A stretch of 64,000 nucleotides of DNA from Octopus sinensis (lineage: Eukaryota): contig NC_043003.1 in assembly GCF_006345805.1 (NCBI RefSeq), positions 62,992,001 to 63,056,000 of the forward strand. Direction: 5' to 3'. Below the pieces are notes generated by a model that was not told where the DNA came from, made no database searches, and saw only the letters and a list, made by a program, of their open reading frames with translations. Shown here in pieces: positions 37,019 to 50,436 of the stretch. The position numbers and the translations under genes are program-made. Each line of letters begins with the position of its first letter. Within the stretch, counting starts at the first letter, position 1.

Positions 37019-37279
37019 TAATTGTCGGTGCCCTGGGAACAGTGAGCAAAATTCTCGAGAAATTGTTGGAGCCCTAGGAACAGTGTGCAAAAATCTCGAG
37101 AAGTACATGGAACAAATAGGGGCTGCAATAAGGGTGGAGCACTTACAGAAAACAGCACTGCTTGGAACCACTCGAATACTCCAGAGGGTGCTTGAAAAAT
37201 AAGAGGTCTTACCTTAGTTCACTGGCAGTGAACAGCTGACACTGTAATACATCTCCAGCATTAGGAGCTGTGCAAAGGC

Positions 37280-37280
<1 letters not shown>
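37019..37280 (+). mobile_element. R4/Dong-clade (REL endonuclease) LINE 3' fragment
   Basis: IVGALGTV...HLQKTALLGTTRILQRVLEK*, followed by (AAT)n. Confidence 0.75.
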
Positions 37281-37345
<65 letters not shown>

Positions 37346-37348
<3 letters not shown>

Positions 37349-37611
37349 GGAACAATAAGAAGAGTGCAACTGTCATCGAATGAACAATATTTCAACACTT
37401 CATGTGTCTTCCACAAGTTCAAAAGAAACATCTCAATCTACTTCATTTTGGTAATATTTAAGAATTGATGTTACTCCTCCAGAAAGTAAAGAAACAATAA
37501 GAATAACATGACTAGTATCAAATGAAGATTTTGACACTTATTGTGGAAGACACACGACATTTTGAAATATTGCTCATTCGATAACAGTCACACTCTTCTT
37601 ATTGTTCTTTT
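37346..37611. repeat. Inverted repeat (~70-bp arms) from family H6
   Basis: aaggaacaataagaagagtg... / ...cactcttcttattgttcttt. Confidence 0.7.
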
Positions 37612-37625
37612 ACCTTTGGGAGAAC

Positions 37626-37671
<46 letters not shown>

Positions 37672-37895
37672 CCTTTCTACTGGAAGCACAAGGCCTCAAA
37701 TTTGGCGGAAGGGATTAAGTTGATTACATTGACCCCAGTACGTAACTGGTTCTTAATTTATCGACCCTGTAAGGATGAAAGGCAAAGTCAACCTCAGCAG
37801 AATTTGAACTCAGAATGTAAAGGTGGATGAAATGACACTAAGCATTTTGCCTGGCATGCTAACAATTCTGCTAGCTTGCCACCTTAATAATAATA

Positions 37896-37947
<52 letters not shown>

Positions 37948-37950
37948 CGA

Positions 37951-38545
37951 TGGAAAGGATCGAGGTAACTCCTGCTGAAGATATAGAGTCGAAATTTAAA
38001 GAAGAGTGCCATATTTTCAGGAGGAGTTACCTCAGTCCTTTCTATATTAAACAGTTGAAGACACACAAGATGTCGAAATATCGTTCACTAGATAACAATG
38101 GCACTCTTCTTTTAATTTTGACTCTATATCTTCAGAAGGAGTTACCTCAATCCTTTCTATATTATTATTATTATTATTATTATTATTAAAAGAAGAGTGC
38201 CATTGTTATCTATTGAACGATATTTCGACATCTTGTGTGTCTTCAACTGGTTCAAAAATTAAATTTGTCAATCTACTTAATTTTGGTTAATATAGAAAGG
38301 ATTGAGGTAACTCCTGCTGAAGATATAGAGTCAAAATTAAAAGAAGAGTGCCATATCTTCAGGAGGAGTTACCTCAATCCTTTCTATATTAACCAAAATG
38401 AAGTAGATTGATAAAATTATTTTTTGAACCAGGTGAAGACACACAAGATGTCAAAATATCGTTCACTTGATAACAATGGCACTCTTCTTTTAACTTTGAC
38501 TTTATATCTTCAGGAGGAGTTATCTCAACTCTTTCTATGTTAATA
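37951..38545. repeat. Family H6: ~151-nt unit in tandem and fold-back arrangement
   Basis: agaagagtgcc at 38191 and 38342; identical inversion junction gagtgcc|atat(c/t)ttcagg occurs twice. Confidence 0.75.
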
Positions 38546-38590
38546 ATAATAATAATAAAAATGATGATGATGATGATGATAATAATAATA

Positions 38591-39120
38591 AAGTGGGGGT
38601 AAAATAGAAGCATGATGTGGTATGAGCACAAATGGCAGAGACTGCCATGATCAGAGACCTGCAAAATCCTCTGGGATTTCCCAACCCAAACAAATCAGGT
38701 GCAAGAGCATAACAAACTGGACCTAGTGGTGGTCAATAAGATGCACCACATGTGCTACATAATTGACATTGCATGCCCCTTTGACCCATGAATAATCAAG
38801 AAGGAAGGCAAAAAGATACATAGATATACACAATCCTCTTAAGTACAAAATAGCCCAGCTATAGAAAATGAAAAAGGTGAAGATAGTGCCAATTATTATT
38901 GGGTCTTTGGGCATCAGAAGGCATCAAGAGGAATGTAAAGGAAATTGGATTAGAGTGCCCAATAGAACTGTTACAAAAGGCTTGCCGCCTTGGCATGGCC
39001 AGAATAATCAGGTAAGTATTAGATAGCTGAAAAGAGCAGACAGCATGGTACCATAGGCTGCAGGCAGCAAGCTCACTATTCATGCAAGACTCCAGGAGTT
39101 CCAACAAAACCTAAGTTAAA
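38591..39120 (+). mobile_element. R4/Dong-clade 3' fragment, second family
   Basis: WYEH...ILWDF...NKLDLVVVNK...YIIDIACPFD; (AAT)n tail. Confidence 0.75.
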
Positions 39121-39251
39121 ATGATAATAATAATAACAATAGACAGGTAGTCATGATTGTTGTATTGGGCTTCATATATTTGTAACTCAGTGTCTCTTTG
39201 ATGGCCTGTGCTGCCCTCTCATTCAATAATGATAATAATAACATTATTATT

Positions 39252-39295
<44 letters not shown>

Positions 39296-39298
<3 letters not shown>

Positions 39299-40320
39299 AG
39301 AGGGGGAAGAGGACTGATTGGATGTGAACGCAGCATTAGAGCAGAAGAAAACAATATAGCAAGGTATGTAAAAAATTGCACAGAACCACTATTATTGGAA
39401 GTAAGAAGGTCAGGCTTGTGTAGGATGGAAGATTGCAAAGATAAAGCACTGTACAAGCACTTGAGAATGAATGAAACTAAAAATAGGTGGATAAAGAAAA
39501 TAATGCATGGACAATTTCATAGGGATGTTGAAGATAAGACAGACAGAAAAAAAAGATGGCTATGGATGACTAAAAATGATTTAAAACAGGAAACAAAGGC
39601 TCTAATCTTTGATGCCCAAGAGCAAGCACTGAAAACGAATTACACCAAATACAAAACAGACATCAGAAAGTGATAGTGCAGAATTTGTGGACAAAATGGT
39701 GAAACCGTATGGCATATTACCAGGCAATGTACGCCACTAGCCCAGTATCAATACAAGAGACGTCATGACAATATAGCAAGGCTTGTCCATTGGATACTTT
39801 GCAACAAGTATGGACTTAACAGAGCAAAAAAGTGGTACAACCATAAGCCCAAAGGCATCATCGAAAATGATAATGCAAAGATCATATGGGATTTTATGAT
39901 TCTGTGCAACCATAAGATAAAGAATAGGAAACTAGACATAGTCTTAATTGAGAAAGAAAGCTAAATGCTGGATCATTGATATAGCATGCCCAGTTGACAA
40001 CAAGGTATGCGACAAGGAAGAAAGAAAAATCGATAGATATGACAGGTTAGCTTGGTAGGTTAAGCAGTTGTGGTCGATGAAAAGGTGGTAGTTGTACCAA
40101 TAACTGTCAGAGCCCTGGGAAGAGTGAGTAAAAATCATGAGAAGTACATGGAACAAATAGGGACTGCAATAAAAGTGTAGCACTTGCAGAAAACAGCACT
40201 GCTTGGAACCATTTGAATACTCCGGATGGTGCTCGAAAAATATGAGGTGTTACCTTAGTTCACTGGTAGTGAATAGCTGACACTAGTACATCTCAAGCAT
40301 TAGAAGCTGTGCAAAGACAA
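39296..40320 (+). mobile_element. R4/Dong-clade 3' kilobase, inserted in (TAA)n
   Basis: GGRGL; MHGQF; AQEQALKTNY; CRICGQNGETVWHITRQC knuckle; RHDNIARLVHW; RKLDIV...IIDIACP; (TAA)n on both sides. Confidence 0.9.
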
Positions 40321-40451
40321 TAATAATAATAATAATAATAATAATAGTTATAAGGGGTGTTACCTTAATTCTCTGGTAGTGAACAGCTGGCACTGTAGCA
40401 CATCTCCAGTGTTAGAAGCTGTGCAAAAACAATAAATAATAACAATAATGA

Positions 40452-40692
40452 TAATTGGTGTGTTGGGAACAGTAAGCAAAGATATAGAAAAATGGCTAAA
40501 GGAAGTTAGAATAGAATGCCTGGTAGAGCTCCAACAGAAAGTTTGTCTTTTAGGGATAGCATGGATTATCAGAAGGGTTCTAAGCACTTGAAAAACAGCT
40601 GAAAACTTGTGGATAACTAAGGTTACAGGTAGAAACCTGCTACCCACATAAATTCTACCAGGAATAAGACTGAACCTGAATCGAACCAAAAT
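40452..40692 (+). mobile_element. R4/Dong-clade 3' fragment, third family
   Basis: IGVLGTVSKDIEKWL...QKVCLLGIAWIIRRVLST*; (AAT)n tail. Confidence 0.7.
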
Positions 40693-41401
40693 GATAATAA
40701 TAATAATAATAATAATAATTTTTGGCACAAAGCCAATAATTTTTAAGGAAGGAGGCAAGTTGATTACATTGATCTGTCCTTGACTGCTAATTTATTTTAT
40801 TGACCCTAAAAGGGTAAAAAGCAAAGTTGATCATGATGGTAATTGAACTCAGAACATACTAAGCTAAAGGAAATGCCATTGAGCATTCTGTCCCAATGAT
40901 TCTGGCAGCCCTTTGCCTTGTTTTGCCCAGGCATGGGGTGAAGGGTGATGATGGCTATTGTGGTAGCAGCAAGGGTACTCATGTGGACAGATGAGGTGAC
41001 AGCAGTGGCACTATTTTGAGAACTTGCTGGCTATACATGGTCTTGAAGCATGTACCCAAATCAACAAGTACAAAATGTAAGAGTACAATGAGGATGACTC
41101 TTCCATCACAGCTTTGTCCAGTTGAAAAGACCCAACAATAATAAAAATAATAATGAAGGTGATATTATATTCTTAGAAGACTCTCCACTTATTCTGTTTA
41201 GAATTAAAAGTTTGCAAGTTCAAGATGGAAGAGATTAAATAGAAAGTTGTTATGGCAACCATTTAATATGGTTGAATTAAAGCTTACTGCAAAAGAGTGA
41301 TAATCTTCAGGATGAGATATTGCAAATAAAAAGCAGGGAACTGAATTAGGATGTTGAACAATAATGAAAAAGAAAAGAAAAATAAAACCTGAAGACGGTG
41401 T

Positions 41402-41556
41402 AGGAGTGGCTATGTGGTAAGTAGTTTGCTTACCAGCCACATGGTTCCAGGTTCAGTCCCACTGTGTGGCACCTTGGGCAAGTGTTTTCTACTATAGCCT
41501 TGGGCCGACCAAAGCCTTGTGAGTGGATTTGGTAGACAGAAACTGAAAGAAGCCCG

Positions 41557-41602
<46 letters not shown>

Positions 41603-41840
41603 GTATGTGTGTATATGTTTGTGTGTCTGTGTTTGTCCCCCCCCCCACCAACACACATCACTTGACAACCGATACTGGTGTGTTTATGTCCCCATAACTT
41701 AGCGGTTCAGCAAAAGAGACTGATAGAATAAATATTAGGCTTACAAAGAATAAGTCCTGGGGTCGATTTGCTCGACTAAAGGTGGTGCTCCAGCATGCCC
41801 ACAGTCAAATGACTGAAACAAGTAAAAGAGTAAAAGAGAG
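41402..41840 (+). mobile_element. SINE family A, full length
   Basis: Complete head, internal microsatellite and gtaaaaga tail repeats. Confidence 0.9.
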
Positions 41841-42661
41841 AGTAAGAAAGGAAGTTTGTATATCAACATATGGTTAAATGTTGAACATACGGTAGAATGA
41901 CTTTTAGAATTGTAATTGCTTGTTGAACGACTTGGTTTTTAGAACCAAGTGTTGAAAGCAGAATGTGGCTGTGTGGTTAAGAAGGTTGCTATGTGACTAC
42001 GATTTTAGGTTCAGCCCCACTGTGCAGCGCCTTGGGTAAGTACCTTCTAGTATAGTGCTGGTTCAACCGATGCCTTGTGAGTGAATTTGGTTGATCGAAA
42101 CTGAAAGGATACCATCGTGTATATATGCGTTTGTGTGTGTGTGTGTGTTTGCATTTGGGTTTGTATTTGTTCCCCTCTTCTATCACCTGACAACCAGTGT
42201 TGGTTTGTTCATATCCCCATAACATAGTGGTTCGGTAAGAGCGACCAATAGAAAAAATGTGTGGTTAAGATGCTTGCTTTGCAAGTACATAGCTTGGGGT
42301 TCAGTCCCACTATGCAGCAACTTGAATGTTTTCTACTTTAGTCTCAGGTTGACCATTGCCATGAGAAACTAAGCCTGTTATATATATCATCATCATCATC
42401 GTTTAGCGTCCGTTTTCCATGCTAGCATGGGTTGGACGGTTCTACTGGGGTCTGTGAAGCCAGAAGGCTTCATCAGGCCCAGTCAAATCTGGCAGTGTTT
42501 CTACAGCTGGATGCCCTTCCTAACGCCACATATATATATATATATATATAATATATATATATATGTCCCACCCATGCCAGCATGGAAGGTAGATATTAAA
42601 CGATGATGATGATGATGATATATATCATCATGATATATCATCATCATCATCATTTCTTTGA

Positions 42662-42794
42662 TTGCGGCCATGCTGGGGCATTGCTTGAAGAATTTAGTTG
42701 AATAAATAGACCCCAGTCCAGATTTTTAAAAATATGGACTGGGTTCTATTTATTCAACCAAATTCTTCAATGCAGTGCCCCAGCATGGCCGCAA
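42662..42794. repeat. Spacer-less palindrome built from a SINE-A tail
   Basis: Centre atttttaaaaat 42722-42733; arms ttgcggccatgctggggca... / ...tgccccagcatggccgcaa. Confidence 0.85.
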
Positions 42795-43234
42795 AAAAAA
42801 AAAAGACTAAAACAGCTAAATCATAAAACTCATCATGGAAGAGACTCACTCTATTCATTTAAGAACACACACACACACAAACAGTTACATTTATTGTTTT
42901 GTTTATTTCTTAATATTACTATCGACTCTGAAGTGTCAAAAATGTTCTGTCTAACACTTCTGTGATGGGAAAATTTGACACTTTTAGTATAAAGATATAG
43001 ACACATTTACTACTGTTTTGCACAGGGAAAAAGCAAACAAAATATAAAAAAAAGACTGTGAACAAATGGCTAGGTCTTCATATTGTAACTGAAATAGTAA
43101 TAAGCTGTGTGTTTAATGTAATAAACTGGCAGATGAGCAAATTAAAGAGATTATGAAGAGAAAATAAGTAAAACAATTAATGACAACATTTAGAATGAAA
43201 CATGTGAGTAAAAGCAGATATTGAAAGGTTATAC

Positions 43235-43380
<146 letters not shown>

Positions 43381-44445
43381 TATGACCAGAAAATGGAAGT
43401 CTTCAAAAACTTACAAAGATGCTAGAAGATAACTACAAAAGTTTATATGAACACATAGCAGACATGGCTGTGTGGTTAAGATGCTTGCTTAGCAATTACA
43501 TGGCTCTGGGTTCAGTCCCACTATGCAGCAATTTGAGTGTTTTCTACTTTAGTCTCAGGCTGACCATTATCATGAGAAACTAAGCCTGTCATTTATATAT
43601 ATATATATATATATATGTTCCACCCATGCCAGCATGGAAAACAGACGTTAAACAATGATGATGATGATGATGATATATATATATATATATATCATCATCA
43701 TCATCGTTTAATGTCTACCTTCCATGTTGGCATGGGTTGGACGGTTTGATTGAGGTCGGGAAAGCCAGCAGTTGCACCAGGCTCCAGTCTGATCTGGCTA
43801 TGTTTCTACAGCTTAATGCCAACCACTCCGAGAGTGTAGAGGATTCTTTTTACATGCCACTGGCATGGGAGCCAGTCAGGCGACCCTGGCATCAATCAGG
43901 TTCAGACAGTATATTTCACATTCCACCGGCACAGTGCCAGTCAGGGTCCACTGGCATCAGCTATGTTTGGATGATACTTTTTATGTGCCATCAGCATGGG
44001 AGCCAGTCAAGCGGCTCTAGCATTGATCATGTTCGGATAGTGCTTTATATGTGCCACTGGTATGGAAGCCTGTCAGGGAGCACTGGCATCAGTTATATTC
44101 AGATGGTGCTTTTTACGTGACATACATTTTTTTGGTGTGTTTTCTAAAATTATAAACAAGAACATCAGCTCTTGTCAGATTAATTAGTTCAGGTATTTCT
44201 GGTTGCTGTAACACAATCATTTTGAAACACTGGTGTCCCAGAATCCCATGCACTAATGAATAGAAAGTGTTATGGGCATATAGTCATAATAAACAAGGAG
44301 CTCTTTTTCTGTGATGAACACAACAGCAATTAGCATATTTGTGTTTGAATATGCCCAAAAGCTTTAAGAATAAATATACAAGTTGTTGTCCTGATTCTCC
44401 TTGTTCACTGTGCAAATAATGATTGTGTGTGTGTGTGTGTGTGTG

Positions 44446-44639
44446 TACTTTATGGGTTAAGGCTTCTATTGGTTTCGTGTTAAATTATGAAATCCTTGAA
44501 CACTTACCAATGCTATCAGATGGAACATCGGTGCTCATCTCCATCTTGGGACACCAATGTTTTCTATGTGGTACACTTGATAATTGTTAAAGGATTTCTC
44601 TCTTAACATGAAACCACTAGTAGCCTTAACCCATAAGTA
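44446..44639. mobile_element. Small MITE-like fold-back element, superfamily unassigned
   Basis: ~37-bp imperfect TIRs tactttatgggttaaggct... / ...agccttaacccataagta, plus inner aaatccttgaaca/tgttaaaggattt. Confidence 0.65.
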
Positions 44640-45182
44640 AAGAATTTTTATCAAACTCATTACACTCTCATCCAGCCTTAGAAAATCATGCTAAAACAGA
44701 CTGGAGTCTGATGCAGCTTTCCAGCATGCCAGCCCAGTCAAACCATCCAACCCATGCCAGCAAGGACAACACATGTTAAATGATGATGATGATTCTCATT
44801 GTTTGATATTAATGTGTATGTGTGTGTGTGTGTGTATACAGTGGTACATAAAAAAGCACCATTCGAGTGTGGTCGTTGCCAGTTCTGCCCGACTGGCTCC
44901 CGTGCCAGTAGCACATAAAAAGCTCCATTTGAGCATGGGTTATTGCCAGAGTTGCATAACTGGTTCCCATGCTGGTGGCATGTAAAAAGCACCCACCACA
45001 CTCTTGGAGTGGTTGGCGTTGGGTAGGGCATCCAGCTGTAGAAACATTGCCAGATCATATTGGAGCCCGGTGCAGGCTTCTGGCTTGCTAGTCCTCAGTC
45101 AAACCATCTAACCCATGCCATCATGGAAAGTGGATGTTAAACGACAACAATGCTGATGATATAATATATATATATATACATA

Positions 45183-45576
45183 CTAGCAGTATCGCCCGGC
45201 GTTGCTCGGGTTTGTAAGGGAAATAACTATATAAGCATTTTTAGAGAGTTATAGCCAAAAAATAGCAAAAAAATGCATTAAAAATGGGAAAAAATGATGG
45301 TAAATTTTTTTTAAATCGTTGACTCATCGTAGACATTTTTAGAGAGTTACTTCCCTTATATGATAGCGAAGAAGATGCATTAAAAGGGAAAAAAATGATG
45401 GTAAATTTTTTTTTAAATTGTAGACTCATCGTAGACACGCGCTAATACCCAGAAGTGCTCAATATGAATCACGACTATAAGATACCCGGTTTTGGTTAAA
45501 CTGCACCGCAAAATGTGGGAGTAGTTAGGAATCTAAATCGTAGGAGACAGACACACAACTTCGCTTTTATATATAA

Positions 45577-45579
<3 letters not shown>
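45183..45579 (-). mobile_element. 397-bp non-autonomous Helitron
   Basis: Minus strand A|TCTTTATATATAAAAG start; hairpin cccgagcaacgccggg then CTAG|T; internal ~99-bp tandem duplication. Confidence 0.8.
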
Positions 45580-45629
<50 letters not shown>

Positions 45630-45754
45630 ATATTAAAAACGGTGGAAGTCAGTTTATGGCATTACCTTAGGTCTTCTCCATTTTTAACATATACTGTTCT
45701 ACATTTAGAGTGCTTCTTTCAGATTTACGTTTTTTACAAATGATATATTATATA

Positions 45755-45808
<54 letters not shown>

Positions 45809-45829
45809 TGCACCAATTTGAAATATGTT

Positions 45830-46401
45830 ACTTTGTTAAAATATATTGATAGCATCAGACTGTACATTGAGATGATAGAAAGAACAGATCCTAAATGCTA
45901 TAAATCTTTCTTACAATCTGACCTGGAAAGAATGCAGCAATGGATTGCTGACTGTCAACTCAAGCTGACTGTAGACAAATGCATCACTATTACATTTTGG
46001 GAGGAAACTCCAGAATTTAACTATTTCCTCTTCAATACTAATTGCTGGTGAATGTAATGTAGGCTTTATAGTCAAAAATGATCATCATTTAACAAGCCTT
46101 GTGAGTGGATTTTAAAAATCACCAAAAAATGCTGAAGATGTCACAGTAAAACCTTTGCCAATTGCGCACCAGCTATCTCTTTTACTTGTTTCAGTCATTT
46201 GACTGTGGCCATGCTGGAGCACCGCCTTTAGTCGAGCAAATCGACCCCAGGACTTATTCTTTGTAAGCCTAGTACTTATTCTATCGGTCTCTTTTGCCAA
46301 ACCGCTAAGTTACAGGTACGTAAACACACCAGCATTGGTTGTCAAGCGATGTTGGGGGGACAAACAGACACACAAACATATACACACACATACATACATA
46401 C

Positions 46402-46447
<46 letters not shown>

Positions 46448-47200
46448 GACGGTCTTCTTTCAGTTTCCGTTTACCAAACCTACTCACAAGGCTTTGGTCG
46501 GCCCAAGGCTATAGTAGAAGACACTTGCCCAAGGTGCCATGCAGTGAGACTGAACCTTGAAGTATGTAGTTGGTAAGCAAGCTACTTACCACACAGCCAC
46601 TGCTATGCCTATCTATTTAAAGTTATATACATATATATGTATATGTAGAGGTATGGTACATCAACACTAACAGTTGTATCTTTAGTCTGGAAATCCTATC
46701 TTGTCCAGAATATCAATCTATTGGAAGCTGTTCAGAGACATGCAATCAGACAAGCACCTTCTGTTAGTCACTTGCCATGTCTTAAATGTCTTGCTTCTCT
46801 TGGCACCGGCACACTAAAGTTTTGATGTCTAACAGCTGACAAGCCCACAAGATTATCCACCATCTTTCCAACAACTTTGGTCCCATTTTTGAATTCCTTT
46901 ATTGCTAGCATTTGTGGACATGTTTATACAGCACCCAAGACTTTTGGAAATATCTTTTCATACTCGCAATTGTCAAAGCATGGAATAAATTACCTTGGCA
47001 GTTGTTAGCTGTCAGGACACCACATCCTTCAAGAATTATATAATTCCTGGAATTTGCCAACACTATTCCTGTCATGTAACAGCATGCTTCCTTCTTTATG
47101 GATCTTTTATTGTTCATTTTCCTGTCTTTTTGAGTTTCATTCGACGTATTGTGCAAGCATCTGTGACATTAATTGCAGTCTTTTTTTTTACTTGACTTAT
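45830..47200 (+). mobile_element. Old CR1-type LINE fragment interrupted by a SINE
   Basis: LQSDLERMQQW...KLTVDKC; LLEAVQRHA; 3' part matches 6572-6830. Confidence 0.65.
46177..46601 (-). mobile_element. SINE family A, full length
   Basis: As 41402..41840, reverse strand. Confidence 0.9.
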
Positions 47201-47325
47201 TGCTGATTTTTATCCATTCTTTTACTCTTTCCAGTGAATTGTAGAACACCTGAAGACTGGATACAATTGCTTGTTATCATTAAAACTGATGTATGTAGCT
47301 GTGAGCTGGCAGAATTGTTAGGCAT

Positions 47326-47495
47326 AGGAGTGGCTGTGTGGTAAGTAGCTTGCTTACCAACCACATGGTTCCGGGTTCAGTCCCACTGTGTGGCACCTTA
47401 GGCAAGTGTCTTCTACTATAGCCTCAGTCCGACCAAAGCCTTGTGAGTAGATTTGGTAGACGGAAACTGAAAGAAGCCCATCGTATATATGCATG

Positions 47496-47533
<38 letters not shown>

Positions 47534-47537
47534 ATAT

Positions 47538-47568
<31 letters not shown>

Positions 47569-47774
47569 ATATGTTTGTGTCTTTGCTTGTTCCCCCACCA
47601 TTGCTTGACAACCGATGGTGGTGTGTTATGTCCCAGTAACTTAGCAGTTCGACAAAAGAGACTGATAGAATTAAGTACTAGGCTTACAATGAATAAGTCC
47701 TGAGGTTGATTTGCTCGACAAAAAGGCGGTGCTCCAGCATGGCTGCAGTCAAATGACCGAAACAAGTAAAAGAG
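47326..47774 (+). mobile_element. SINE family A, full length
   Basis: As 41402..41840. Confidence 0.9.
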
Positions 47775-48537
47775 TATGCAGGATGAAATATTTAGTGATA
47801 TTTCGCCCGTCGTTACGTTCTGAGTTCAAATTCCACCCAGGTCAACTTTGCATTTCATCCTTTCAGGGTCGATGAATTAAGTACCTGTTGAATACTGGGG
47901 TAATTGACTCATTCCCCCCCCCCAAAAAAAAAAAAATTGCTGCCCTTGTGGCAAAATTTGAAACCATTATTAAAATTGATGTCAGTAGGATTTGAATGTA
48001 TACTTAGTTCAAATCCTGCTGATGTCAGCTTTGCCTTTCATCCCTGTAGGGTCAATAGAATAAAGTACAAGTCAATTACTAGGGTTGATGTAATTGACTA
48101 AGCCCCCTCCAAAAACATTGCTGGCCTTGTGCCAAAATTCGAAACCATTATTATTAAGGTAGCAAGCTGGCAGAATCATTAACATGCTGGACAAAATGCT
48201 TAGCAGTATTTCATCTACCTTTAGATTCTGAGTTCAAATTCTGTTGGGTTCAAGTTTGCCTTTTATCCTTTTGAGGTTAATAAAATAAGTACCAGAGAGT
48301 GTAGTGGGTGTTTTTTATGTGCCACCTGCACAGGAGCCAATCCAGTGGCACTGGCAACTGGATTGGCTCCTGTGCAAGTGGCACGTAAAAAAACCCATTT
48401 GAACATGGCTGTTGCCAGTTTCGCCTGACTGGCCCTTGTGCCGGTGGCAAGTAAAAGCACCCACTATACTCTCGGAGTGGTTGGCAATAGGAAGGTCATT
48501 CAGCTGTAGAATACATATACATACATACATACATACA

Positions 48538-48578
<41 letters not shown>

Positions 48579-48580
<2 letters not shown>

Positions 48581-49262
48581 GTTGAATATACCATATCCAA
48601 AATTCCTGGGATCAAAAGTGTTGTGGATTTTGAAGTATTTTTACATTTATATCTATAAAATTGAACAGCTTAAGGATGGAACCTAAGTCTAAACACTATA
48701 TCCATTTATATTTCATAATATAACTTATACATATATATGCCCTGAAAGTAATTTAAAAAAAATTTTTAATCATAACTATTTTTATATATAATGCCACTGC
48801 TTACAGTAAGGTATCAGTTTCCACCTGTAATGTCATGTTTTTATTAAAAAGTTACAGTATACATATTTTATTTTTGAATATACAGGTATTAGGTTTAATG
48901 TAAGTTATAAAAACAAAGCAATGATTACAGGAAAATAAAATTTTAAGAAGTCTGGAAAATGTTTGCATTTTATTCTTTAAATAATGTGCAAGTAATGCTG
49001 CTAGTCATGTTGCATTCATACTTGGAGGTGAAATTGAGGGAAAATAACATTTTGTGCTTATTGAGCAAAGCAAAACATGATGATGAAAGCAAAATAAAAC
49101 ATGATAATCATTGATTACAAACACAACAGCTGTATTAGGTGGAACCTTCCCAGCACTTAGGGAAATTTTCCATTTATGGTATGCTCTATCAGCACTCAAA
49201 AATATTTTTCCGATTTTGGAGGGTTTTAGATTTTGGAATTTTGGATAAAGGGTTTTCAATTG
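48579..49262. mobile_element. Tigger/pogo-type MITE
   Basis: TIR cagttgaatataccatatccaaaattcc / ggaattttggataaagggttttcaattg, TA at the right flank. Confidence 0.65.
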
Positions 49263-49327
49263 TATTAATACAGTGTTTGTTTTACCAATTTCACATTCCT
49301 TATACTATTCATATACATGTTTATGTG

Positions 49328-49662
49328 AAGGCAGATGGCTCAGTGGTTAGAGCATCAAGCTTATGATTGTGAGATTGTGAATTCAATTCCTGGACTGGGC
49401 TGCATGTGTTCTTCAGCAAGACACTTTATTTCACATCGCTCCAGTTAACTCAGCTATAGAAATGAGTTGTGACCTCACTGGTGCCAAGCTGTATCGGCCT
49501 TTGCCTTTCCCTTGGATAACATCAGTGGTGTGAAAAGGGGAGGCTGGTATGCATGGGCGACTGCTGGTCTTCCATAAATAACCTTGCTCGGACTTGTGCC
49601 TCAGAGGGTAACTTTCTAGGTGCAATGCCACCATGGTCATTCATGACCGAAGGAGGTCTCCT
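49328..49662 (+). mobile_element. tRNA-derived SINE (family C related)
   Basis: tggctcagtggttagagc A-box, gaattcaattcc B-box-like, cagcaagacactt block. Confidence 0.75.
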
Positions 49663-50436
49663 TATGTGAAAGAACGTGGGTTAGAGTTGGACTCACAAAG
49701 AAGACGTAAGTTTGACTTCTGGACTGTGGTACATTATGTTTTTGAGCAAGGTACTTCATTTTTATGTTGCTCTGTTCTACTAAGCTGAAATGAGTATCAG
49801 CAAAATGTGGATGCTCTTTCTCTTCCCAGTTTTTACATCCTGGATTTTTCCCAGGATGAAAGGTAAAGATTAAAGCACTGAAAAAGCATCTATGTCCATT
49901 TGCAACTACTTAGGCCTCTAAAACAATAATGGAATGCCTGGTACATACAGCCAAACCATCCTCAGTTCCAAATGACTGCCAAAGTATAATACTGACAGCA
50001 CAAGGCCAGCAATTTCAGGGAAGGGGTAAATCAATTATATTGATCCCTGTGTTCGGTTGGTACTTATTTTATAGACTCTGAAAGGTTGAAAGGCAAAGCT
50101 GAGCTGAGCAAGATTTGAACTTAGATTGTAAAGATGGATGAGGTGTTTCTAAGCATTTAGCCCACCATGCTAACAGTTCTGTCAGCTTGCTCCCGTGACA
50201 TGCTCAGAATACTGGTTTCAAATTTTGGCACAGGACCAACAATTTTAGGGGTTGAGGTACATTGATTTACATCGATCTCAGTGTTCAAATGAAGCTCATT
50301 TTATTGACTTCGAAAGGATGAAAGGCAAAGTCAACCTTGACAGAATTTGAACTCAGACTGAAAATAAGTGAAATTCCATTAATTGTTTTGCCTGGCATGT
50401 TAATGATAATTTTGCTAGCTCACTGCCATACTTTAA

